A stretch of 64,000 bases of DNA from Octopus sinensis (taxonomy: Eukaryota), in NCBI RefSeq assembly GCF_006345805.1, contig NC_042998.1, positions 162,626,001 through 162,690,000 on the forward strand. The letters are read 5' to 3'. Shown piece by piece: positions 52,769-64,000 of the stretch. A model generated the notes under the pieces. That model did no database searches. It saw only the letters and a program-made list of their open reading frames with translations, and had not been told where the DNA came from. Each line of letters begins with the position of its first letter. Positions within the stretch are counted from its first letter, which is position 1. The translations under genes and the position numbers were made by a program.

Positions 52769-53195
52769 TTCCAAAATCCAATATACTTAACATTATTATT
52801 ATTTTTGAGGTTAACTATTACACTATTTTACTCTCTAATATATAATCGCTCTCATGAATCTTTTAAGATTTTAGACATATTTCATAGTAGAGCACTTAAT
52901 TTACATCCAGTTTACCTTGTTTTCAAAGGACATATTTAATTAACTATATAATAATAATAATAATAATAGGGAGCATAGCTCCAAACTTACAGGGAAAAAT
53001 TCAATTTAGTATTAAATAAAATTTCACGATATAAATATATAAAATATAAATTTGTGATAAAACCACTATTATGCAATTCAAACAATGATAGGCATAAACC
53101 AAAACATAAATAACAAATAAAATATATTTTTATAAAACATATAACTAGATCATAAAAAGTATAAACATGAATTATATATATATATATATATATAA

Positions 53196-53408
53196 AGTTA
53201 ATCCAAACATGAAAACACAAAGAGAAAACACAACAACGCGAGGACGTGGAACAAATATAGTATTATTGGACGCTCAGGAAGGAAGGAAGGGAAGAAGGAG
53301 GGTTTAACGTTTCGAGCGGAGCTCTTCGTCAGAAACATAGGAAAAGGAAGGATCCAGAGAAGGTAAGACGGAGGGAAAAAATCGCCAACGGTACACACGC
53401 GGTCACAT
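53196..53408 (-). mobile_element. Solo copy of the family-4 pseudo-LTR between (TA)n tracts
   Basis: Close match to 29978-30178. Confidence 0.85.
53302..53336 (-). ncRNA. Intact minimal type-I hammerhead ribozyme motif (family 4)
   Basis: Reverse complement reads GUUU CUGACGA A GAGC ucc GCUC GAAA CGUU AAAC. Stem I is 4 bp, stem II is 4 bp, and the ACGU palindrome supports a dimeric stem III; predicted cleavage is after GUU. Confidence 0.8.
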
Positions 53409-53410
53409 TT

Positions 53411-53436
<26 letters not shown>

Positions 53437-53441
<5 letters not shown>

Positions 53442-53662
53442 AATCCCTCGATTATTGCGGTCGTTACGTTCCACCCCCACCCACGGCGATAGGTGAAAAT
53501 CTGCGAGGTATAAACACTACTGTACTGCATATTTTTTTTAAATGTTTATAATTTGTATATATTTATTTATTTATAAATGCAAAACAGTATCGTGGAGGAA
53601 TCGACGCAAGCTTAAATAATAAGCCGTGATAGGTGAACCGCAATATGGAGAGGGATTACTGC
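53437..53662. mobile_element. Tigger/pogo-like MITE
   Basis: Terminal inverted repeats gtagtaatccctcgattattgcggt ... accgcaatatggagagggattactgc, with a TA-rich left flank. Confidence 0.7.
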
Positions 53663-54379
53663 ACTCACACAAACGTACAGGGAAAGGAAGAAAGAAAGAA
53701 GTAGAAAAAAGATAGATAGATAAGTTCTGGGGATTTCTGGGAACGTGTTTAAGACGCAATAAATAATTCAAAGTGTTGAGTATCAATAGTGTGCACGAGA
53801 GAGAGGGATTGAGAGAGAGGAGAAGTAGAAAGAGAGAAAGAGGATTGAGCAAAAACCATAAATCAAAGAAAAAAAGTAAGGGAAACTCAATATTTGAAAA
53901 TAAATAAATATACATAATTTCTATGATTACAGGAATACAAACAGTCAAGACATACTCTGAATTGCAGACGCCAATTAAAAATTCGTACTGAGTCGAACCA
54001 AATAATCTATGTTGCCATTAGGCGTAAACTTAGGCTGAAATGTATCCGATGATTTGGTGAAATGGTCCAATGCTAAGAAGGATTTGAGCCACTGTTATGT
54101 TTGCATAAGTAGGATCGAATCTCACGGACAGACTTCAACTTTTTCTGACTGTCTATTTTTTTAATGCATCGCTATTCTAGTTTTTTTTTCTACTTCGTGT
54201 ATTACTGTTAAAAACGACTTATTTCACGTCTCTTGAAGTCTCTAATTTCTTACACCATCAACTATATATATATATATATATAATATATATATATATATAG
54301 AATAAAACTTATATATAAAGAAAGTGAAATTCACGAATTGACAAACACGGAAAAACGGACAGTAATTCAGAGCCTTCAT

Positions 54380-54452
<73 letters not shown>

Positions 54453-55030
54453 TATAAATATACCGAACATGCCAAGCTATAACTACATATGTCTACTGAT
54501 ATAATGTTTTTTTTCGTTTTATTTTGCATTTTCTTGAAGATACATTTTTGAACATTTATGTACGGAAGATCGTGTGTGCACGTACACACACATACACACA
54601 CATACACGATCCCCCGTACGTAATTGTCTCTATGTGTATGTGTACGTATATGAGTATTGGTCTCGGGATGGGGTTGTTTTACAGAAGTGGCCGTGGTGTT
54701 TGTGGTTTTGGTGTTGGTAGCGTTGGTAATGTCAATTAGTGATTTAGGGGTTAGTGGTGGTGGTGGTGATGTTGGGGGTGATGGTATTTTAGGAAAACTG
54801 AGTGAAATCTTTTCTCCATCCATGTTGTTTTACGACCCGATGCCAATTTGACATCATTGCACCGTAAAAATGCTGTGTTGAAGATTACAGTTACGGCAGC
54901 ATGCGGGCAGCGGGTGGGCAATGGGGGCGGATGGTGGTGGTGGTGGTGGGATGGAGAAGTGGGTGAATAGCAATACCCACACAAACACATTGGTCTGTCA
55001 GTTCGGCACTCCAAAAAGAAAAAAAAGTAA

Positions 55031-55072
<42 letters not shown>

Positions 55073-55424
55073 TAATAATAATACTATAAAATAAAGTAAA
55101 AAATAAAAGCTGACAATAAATATAAATAAAAGAATAAACTGTGAGTTTTTATTTACTCTTACTGCAAGCAGTATCATATCAATGTAAGGTGGGCATTATT
55201 AGATGCGATCTTCTGATATTTGCTGTAACAAACATACAAACAAAGAAATAAATGAATAAATAAATAAATAAAATCGACAGAAAGACAAGTCAAGGAAAGT
55301 CTAGGGAAAAATATTGAAAAGAGAAAAAAAATTGCTAAACTCAAAACAAAATATATATTTCTAGGGAAAATATATAAGTATATAAGGATGTTGACGATGA
55401 TGACGACGACAACGATGATGACAG

Positions 55425-55426
55425 AG

Positions 55427-55476
<50 letters not shown>

Positions 55477-55520
55477 TATTACTATCATTATTATTATTAT
55501 CATTATCATTATTATTATTA

Positions 55521-55610
<90 letters not shown>
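55425..55610. repeat. (ATT/ATC)n trinucleotide tract
   Basis: Direct inspection; source of the poly-Ile ORFs. Confidence 0.95.
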
Positions 55611-55611
<1 letters not shown>

Positions 55612-55932
55612 GTTGGTGGTGAGGATGACGGTAATGATAATGATGGAGACGACGGTGTCGGTGGTAGAGTTTTTGTTATTTTGTTATTGGTGATGATACT
55701 GATGATGATAGTGATTAACATGGTGATGATGGTAATAGTGATGGTGGTGGTGATAGTGGTGGGGATAGTGGTGGTGATAGTGGTGGTTGTGGTGGTGGTT
55801 ATTATGATGGTGATGTTTGTTGTTGCTATCATCATCATCAAAAACAACAACATTTATTTTTCAAAAAATCCCTTTCCATTCCATGCTTGGAATAAAACAA
55901 CTTCAAGAAAACAAGCAACAACAACAATGATG

Positions 55933-55975
<43 letters not shown>

Positions 55976-57661
55976 AGATGGTAAAAACAAAGAACAAAAG
56001 TAAATAATAAACAATAACGACCGATTGGTTGACTTTCTAAGAATATATAAACATACACAAATATACGTATATATACACACGGTATTTTCAGCTTTGTGTT
56101 TGCCTCAATATCAGACAAATTGCAAGCAGAAGGGATTTTACCCACCTCCAAAACACCAACACCTCCACCTATTTTTATTGTATTTGCTTGCTTAATTTTT
56201 TTATAGCATACTTTATGTGTGTGTTTTGTGTGTGTGGTGGGGAGTGTGTTTGTGCATGTGTAACTGGTGCATGGCAGTAATCAATGCAACTTCTCTGAGC
56301 ATGAAAGCAACTGTCATATCTTGGCAACCTTTATGTCATTTTTGATGAGGAAAAATGCCTCAGAATTTTTACATTCTTCGCAAAGGAGTGCCATAGACAA
56401 AGTATTTTTATTCAGATATATCTGAGTCAGATATGTTCATCAACATAGTTTACATTTTATTTATATTTATATTTATTTTATCGTATTTTATTTGCTTTTT
56501 ACTTTTATTTAAAAAATTTTTGTATAGTTTTGTTCTCTCTTTTCTTTTGTTTTTTGTTTTGTCCCTTCAAAAAAATAAACAACACCTATATGAGTATATG
56601 TCCATTTACAAAATAAGGATCGTAAAGAGGGGATACATCACTGACTTGAGTTTTAATCTAGTTACAAAATATGGATCATAAATAGAGAAGAGGCATAAAA
56701 GAAAAAAAGCAACATTCGTATAGGTGTTCTGAGATTCATGACTTATTGTTGATTTAAACTATTTTAATATCACATTTGTTAGATGATCCGAAAAAGAAAC
56801 AAAATGTGTCAATCAAATGTTGTAATACGCTGATAACCCGCATGTTATTACCTTAAAACGCAGATCCTTAAAATTCTTTTATTAATCCTATGTTGATATT
56901 TGTTTTGTTCTGTTTTAGTTTTTTTTTTTTTTTTCATTTATTCCTCCTCATTGCTTTGGCATGTTTATGTTCATGCTAGATTGGGTTGCACGGGTTTTCA
57001 AATACAGATATTTACTTGCCTTTCTTCAATACTTCCTCATATTGTCCAATCAACCGTGAAAAGACATTTCTGGCTGTTTTCACCACCGTAACTAATGGAA
57101 GCAAAGCAGAACAACACGACTTGCCATGAACCACTGAGAAAAGTATGTACATGGTTGCTTGACCGGCTAGAAGTAGCAGCCAAGTCAAATATCTCTCCAA
57201 ACACATTCAACCATTTTACAAAAGTAAGAAAAAATGGGCATAATGCAGAATGCAGTCCGCAGTAAACTGACTATAAGGACGGGAAATTTCTGCTAGAATG
57301 CATTTTAAAAAATCTTTATCAATGATCTTCTTGGTTAGAGCTGGTTAGAGCATAAACACCAAAAGCACCAGAATCAACAACGACAATAAAAAGGCTTAGT
57401 AAGGTTATTAAAACTTATAATTATATTCTTCCAAAACTAAGAAAAAAGGCTTGGAGTTTGGCAGTTAGACATCATGTTTAGTTTTCAAGATATCTCTCTC
57501 AGATGTTCTAGCACGCACTACTGAGGATTTTGGAGTAATTCACCTAATTGACCCTGTCGAAGTTGATCAAGTCCCAGCTTTCAACCCAACTGCAACAAAT
57601 TATGGTCCTGACCTAATTATCGAGATACAAAATAAATACAATAAATATTGTATTTATATAT

Positions 57662-58072
57662 ACAGCTGTGTAGTAAGAAGCTTGCTTCCCAACCACATGA
57701 CTCAGGGTTCAGTCCCACTGCGTGGCATCTTAAGTAAGTGGTATTACTATTGACTCGGCCCAACCAGAGCCTTATGGGTGGATTTGGTAGACAGAAATCG
57801 AAAGAAACCCGTCGTATTTGTGCGTGTGTGTATGCGTGCGTGTCTTTGTATGTCTATGTTTGTCCCCACTACCACTGCTTGACATCCGGTGTTGGTGTGT
57901 TTACGTCCCCGTTACTTAGCGGTTCGGCAGAAAGACCGATAGAGTAAGTACCAGGCTTTAAAAAAAAAGTAATGGGGTCGATACATTCGACTAAAATTCA
58001 AAGGCGGTACCTCAACATGGCTGAAATTTAAAGGCGGTACCTCAGCATGACTGAAACAAATTAAAAATAAAA
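57662..58072 (+). mobile_element. CORE-like composite SINE with a ~30-bp tandem duplication in the tail
   Basis: Family match; aaattcaaaggcggtacctcaacatggctg is repeated twice. Confidence 0.8.
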
Positions 58073-58305
58073 GATATGTGTTTATAAATAAAAATATGTA
58101 ATAAATATATTAGTTAAATATTTCCACTCTATTCCAAATATTGGGCTCCCTATCAGATCAGATAATGTTTGCATCGTTTATACCATATTATATATTTTAC
58201 AATTCTTTTATTTTTTAATACATGCACATATACATAAACACGCACAGAAAAAATATCCCTACTGAAAATTGATTAAACATTTGGTATACATGCATAGTGA
58301 AAGCA

Positions 58306-58632
58306 CTTGGCTGGGTGGCTAGAGCGTCGATCTTACGATCATGAGATTATGAGTTCGAATCCCGGACCGGGCTGCGTGTTGTGTTCTTGAGCAGGACACT
58401 TTATTTCACGTTGCTCCATTTCACTTAGCTGTAGAAATGAGTTGCGACGTCACTGGTGCCAAGCTGTATCGGCTTTTGCCTTTCCCTTGGATAACATCAG
58501 TGGCATGGAGAGGGGAGGCCGGTATGCATGGGCGACTGCTGGTCTTCCATAAACAACCTTGCCCGGACTTGTGCCTGGAAGGGCAACTTTCTAGGTGCAA
58601 TCACATGGTCAGTCATGGTCGAAGGGGTCTCA
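58306..58632 (+). mobile_element. tRNA-derived SINE (same family as 8303-8583)
   Basis: A-box ggtggctagagc, B-box gagttcgaatccc. Confidence 0.85.
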
Positions 58633-59229
58633 GCATATACATGCATAGTAATGTTCATAAAACTCCAAGAGAGCTCTGTTTCTGCTGATACCATGATTGT
58701 ATAGCATAATGATACTTCTTTCGGAGAAAAACTTAGAAAGAACGTAATACACATCAAGTACTGATTAATTATACAAAGACCTTGGTTTGTGACAGTCAGT
58801 TACCTATGGTAAATAACGCTAATTTTCAGATTGAATATCTCTTGTGGTAGTGTAAATCTAATTGCATGAAGAAATCAAACTCGATGCCAAAATTATTTTT
58901 TAAATTCTTTCTTTTATTTATATACATACCTGCCTTCGTGTGTATGTGTACATATATATATATGTTTACTTACATCAACCAACACAATTTTGTATGATTG
59001 TGTGTGGTGTGCGAATTCTTTCTTTCTTTTTTTCTTTGTCTTTTATTAGAATTTTTCTAGAATGGAAGATATGGTTTCGAACAAAGAAGCAGTTTAATTG
59101 CTGGAATTTTGATAACATATTTTTACTGTTTCTCGTGGAAGTTAGCAAGTTTCTTTTCTTTACATGAAAATCTTAGTTTTGCCAGATTGTCACTTAAACA
59201 TTTATCCACATAACCAAATGTGCCGATAA

Positions 59230-59865
59230 TTACACAATCCAACATAAAAGAAAAAGAAAAATCTCTGTTGTCTAGAAAATTTATCCTGAACTAGGTGGTC
59301 TTTTGGCACACAGAATCTGAAAATGACATACATTTATTACCACCACGTCAAGATTTTAAGATGTTGGATCCATAGAATTTCAATATCGTTTCAGTAAAAT
59401 TGCTTATGAGGAACAAGGCAGAACATACACACTTATAGAAATTGAATTTTCTTCAAAACCAGAATATTTTCCCAATATTCTACTGGAAACTAATAGAAAT
59501 TTTAAAATTTCTACCGACAAATTACATCATTGTTTATGTCTAATTTCCCGTGATTTTGCGTTTGGATGATTTTTGTTTTGTTGTTTTTGAGTGCTAAACC
59601 TCAGCAAGATCATAAGTCAAGTTCCAGTACTAATTAACCATCATAGGCAAGTCCCATCTGCCTTGATACCTGTGTTTTATTGATGTAATGGAACGTTTTT
59701 CATGCGAGTCACTTGTGTCGCCAAGATTTTCAGGGAATTTATTAATGTAACTGTGGAGATATTTCAGCTGGATACTCATATTTGCTCCCAATTTTTGAAA
59801 GTTCTCTATCATATTGTCGACTATTTTGGCATATTTGAATACAAAGTAGCACACATTGAATAATG
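59230..59865 (-). mobile_element. Chapaev-type (CMC superfamily) DNA transposon remnant, transposase C-terminus plus 3' region
   Basis: 59630-59854 reads FQKLGANMSIQLKYLHSYINKFPENLGDTSD...RYQGRWDLPMM. This matches the MS.K.HFLHSH...FPENLG..SDE.GERFHQ...RYQG.W motif as I recall it. Confidence 0.75.
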
Positions 59866-60301
59866 TGGTCCAAAAGAGACTTTATATTGAAAGAGTACAG
59901 GATAGGCCCAGCTTCAATAATCCTGATCAGATCCGTACTTGGAGCTAAATATCAGCAACTCAGGAAAATTTGATAAAGATAATTAGTGAGACTATAATTC
60001 ATTTAAATCTCTCTCCCGCCTCACTCTCTCTCTCTCCCTCCCCCTCTCTCTCTCTCTCCATCTCTCCCTCCCCCTATCTCTCTCTCTCCCTCTCTCCCCC
60101 CCTCTCTCTCTCTCCACTTCATCAGTATAGGAGACGAAACCAATTTTCTTTCTTTGGGGATGATCTTGAACTCAGTATCTCTAAACTTAGATTCCAAATG
60201 CATCTGTTTAACCACGAGTTCACCTCCCTTCCGTACTGTCCCTTTACTCATTACTCACTTCTCGGTTACTTATCATCATGATGTAATAACAGCAACAGTT
60301 A

Positions 60302-60398
60302 CTCTTCTTCTTCTTCTTCTTCTTCTTCTTCTTCTTCTTCTTCTTCTTCTTCTTCTTCTTCTTCTTCTTCTTCGTCCTCCTCCTCCTCATTATTATTA

Positions 60399-60462
<64 letters not shown>

Positions 60463-60475
60463 CACCATCATTATT
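60302..60475. repeat. (CTT)n-(CCT)n-(ATT)n compound trinucleotide tract
   Basis: Direct inspection. Confidence 0.95.
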
Positions 60476-61004
60476 ATTCTGCTTCCTCTCTGCTCTCCAA
60501 CTTAGGTTACACGACACCCAACTTATTACTCAGTATAATTCACACAAAATGAACAACTGATAATAATGTTATCAGCGAATAGTTCATTGATGAACACTGG
60601 ACAGAAATCAAACGCCAATCAATCTTGAAAACACCACTAGACTGCCAATCTAGCTTATTAGCAAAACTATCCTTGATAGCATGCAATATTTAGATTGAGC
60701 CATAAATCTGTTCAACTGATGGCATCTTATGGCGTTTCCCCATGAGAACTTCTTGTTTTTGTTCAGATCTCCTATTTCAGATTAAAACCTAGTAAAACCA
60801 ATTCATGCAGTCGTTTTCTTTCTGAAATGTCATGCTTCTTTAGACTGTTTCTACAGACGAAAAACAGCACGTGCTTTTCCAATTACACTGACGTATACGC
60901 TCACCCACATATACACACACTCACTCTCTCTCTCCCTGTCTCTCTATCTATCTCTCTCTGTCTCTCTTTCTTTCTCATACACATACACATACTCACGCAT
61001 GCAT

Positions 61005-61054
<50 letters not shown>

Positions 61055-62029
61055 TCATATCATGATATTTTCCATGACATTGAGATAATTAAAAACACTA
61101 ATCCACTCAAAGAACTAAAGCGATCAATACTGACTAGGAAACAAAAATGAGAATAAACTGGAAGATGAAGAAGAAAAATAAATAAATAAATAAAAGAAAA
61201 ATGAAAGAAAATTTAAGAATAAGAGAAAAATAGGAAGAAATATGAAATCTGTAATTTAAATTTCTATTTATTTCCAATCTTAGATAAAAATAACTTGTTT
61301 AAAAGAATGTGGTCTGTTTTAGAAGAATATGATCTGTTTTCTTAGATAATTTAGAGAAGACACAGCAGAAGATTTCAAATATTTATTTTTTTTGTCTCTA
61401 GGTTTAGAATACTTGTTGTTACTGTTGGTTTTTTGTTTTGTTTTGTTTTTTTTGTAATAATGTTGAACATTCCTTAGATATATAACTACAATGAACAGAA
61501 CAGAAAAATCACTTATAAAGCAATCTATACCAGAGAATAGCGACTCCCAAAACCTGAGCAGGGAAAGCGTTACATCTAGGAAAGTAAGCTTTCTAATGAG
61601 ATAGTCCAGTAAAACAGAAATATGTCCAGAGTTCCCTAACTAAATTTTTACTTAATCTTTACTGTCTAAATTTCAGAGTTCTCCCCCTTGTTTTACTGGA
61701 AGATAATTGTTATTAACATAAGTGGATTTGCTTTAATTGATTAAAAATTATTTTGAGCAAACCAAAGTAAGTATGTTAGCTTGCACTTTATGATATCTTA
61801 ATCCTGTAGAAAGCATTCCAGAAACATTTTCTAATAGAAGTCACATTAAAAGCAGTTGTTCATATTTGGCTTGAGCTAAAGAGAAAACCCCTACGTGATC
61901 GCTTGACCATACAAAAATTACAACTAAAAATTTTCCCACTCACACCGTACAGTCTTACAAAAACGCATAACGGTATCGAAGATATATCTAGAATATATCT
62001 GAAAATCCTATCTTATCCTTTGTTCGTGC

Positions 62030-62270
62030 TGTTGACGTCACAACCGGATGTCGCTACCTCTCCTGGTCCTCTGCTCTTCTCTGTGAGTCGGTGAAGTTAA
62101 GGCCTGCCCACTCGTGATATTATATGCCCATCTTTTCTTTGGCATATCTTGCTTTCGTCCACCTTCCACTGTGCCTTGCAAGATTGTCTTTTCTAGGCCA
62201 GAGCTTCTGCTTCTTCGTCTTCACAATTTTCAGCAGGTCCTTGTGTGGTCCAATGTCAGAATGTAAGATA
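62030..62270 (-). mobile_element. RTE-clade LINE 3' remnant
   Basis: IGPHKDLLKIVKTKKQKLW / KTILQGTVEGGRKQDMPKKRWAYNITEWAGLNF resembles the GTVEGGRRRGR..KRW RTE C-terminus. Confidence 0.75.
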
Positions 62271-64000
62271 CATAAATAACCCTTGACCACAGGTTTACTC
62301 AGTACTGATCTGGGACTATAACCCGACATCAGTTTTAAAAATTATTTATGTCCACAGTCAGGATATTCAGCTATAAGATATCTACCACACTTGACGCCGG
62401 AAAGATAATTCAAGGAGAACATGAAATATAGACAATTCTCTAGAACTCAGCTTCATTTATTTATCTCACAAGGATTTTATTATTTTTAAAAAAAGCTATC
62501 ATAGGGCATACATTTGCCAGTCAAACACAGAAAGATTTTGAACTTGAAATGTAGAGTCAGTAAAATACTATACAGTATTTTGACCGCCACTCTTCAGATT
62601 ATGACATGGTCACCACCCTGACATGGTGTTTGATACACATTTCTGAGATTTTTAAGCACTTTATTATTGATATATCTAACGTTGACCCAAACCATGGGTA
62701 GTAGAGTTAATTTGTTGTCGTGTTCAACACCACTACCCGTTGTTTGGGTACCCTTGTCAAAGTTCGCTCTATTGCTTACATTCAGGCCAAATCACTGACT
62801 TGAGTATAACTTCCTTATTTCTCACCAAATGATTATGAGGATCTGAAAAAAGTTAAGAATATGAGCGCTCCCTTTCCTCTAACTAAACGATAAAAATATA
62901 TATTCGAGGGAGAGGACAGATGATTAAATCGATCCCAGTACTTCACTCTGTGAAATCACATACATGGTGGCTGTCAACTCGTAGACGGGTATGGCCATCA
63001 CTGACAGATTATTTCGTCCTAGATGTTAAATGCAATGGCTGTCAGCAATGCCGGGGCTGAAACTGAAAGTGAATAGCAGCTTGCACAACACCGCTAAGAC
63101 TCTCACCTACAAAGCCAATCAGTCCAGAAACAAGCAAGAGCATGATCTCTGGCTTCGCTACAAGTCGAATGTTCTTTAGCATTTTATTTTATTGCCCCTA
63201 CCACACGAAAGGATGGCATGCAAAGATTTATCTTCTAAGAGTCGATGAAATAAGGAAACTGATAAACTCGATATTGCTGACGTGCACTTTCAACAACTGC
63301 AATTATATGTCTGAGGGGAAAAAATTGTTGGCGGGCAAGGAAATTTCGAAGCAGTTGGCATTCTGAAGCGAAAGGATCAAGTGTTATGATTAGTGCAGGG
63401 AAGTGAAGAAAGACATAACATGGGCTACAATAGGAAGAAAGACAAGTGTATCGAGCAAACTTTGCTAGTTCTGGGAAGCGGAGACCGTTGAAACAGCGGT
63501 ATAAAATTCAGTCAAAGTACAATAAAGACTGCATATGGTGTATGTAGATTGGTGAGCAGTTTTGTTTTGGTAAGTGAGTCCTTGCTAATAAGCTGGATAG
63601 TTTCCTTTTGGATGTTGTCCAGGGTTGTTTGTACGTGTAACAGCAGCATTGCCCAAGATGTAGGAATAGTATCCATTAATGGTACCACATGTGCTGTGAA
63701 GAGGAGGTAGTCTTGGTTTATACAGTGTTAAGAATAATGAAAGCGCCAAGAATGATAGATCATTAGTGATTGTGAAACTGAGACTTTGTAGCTACATTAA
63801 TTACGAAAATTGTTATCCAAAACTAGAGAGAGAGAGACTGAAATACAAGACCGTTTCTTTGATATCTACAGTGATTTTATTTTTGTGCTGTTGAAACTTC
63901 CCCTATATATTGCATGTTAATTTGAACAGAAGACACAACCATAGACAGATACTGTATTACTCTCAGTGTTATTCGATCATATTGAGATTGGGGAAAACTA

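Overview
AT-rich, repeat-saturated eukaryotic non-coding DNA. It is most likely an octopod cephalopod (Octopus-like) intron or intergenic region, inferred from the tRNA-derived SINE families, microsatellite load and LINE/Penelope content. I can identify no intact host gene; nearly all ORFs in the supplied track are translated microsatellites or SINEs. Recognisable coding remnants are all transposon-derived: a 5'-truncated Penelope-like element (RT + GIY-YIG, ~41.0-42.2 kb), an internally deleted Tx1/L1 LINE (33.5-35.4 kb), three RTE LINE 3' ends, and hAT, Chapaev and Tigger/pogo transposase fragments. The most striking signal is a set of at least five unrelated short elements, usually next to (TA)n, arranged as fold-back (inverted) pairs. 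Each carries a minimal type-I hammerhead ribozyme motif with a palindromic stem III, the architecture known from Penelope pseudo-LTRs. One family has a tRNA-like Pol III head, and two have a U3-A8 covariant catalytic core. A 2.2-kb run of five back-to-back palindromes sits at 29.3-31.5 kb. Coordinates of repeat boundaries are approximate (read by eye).
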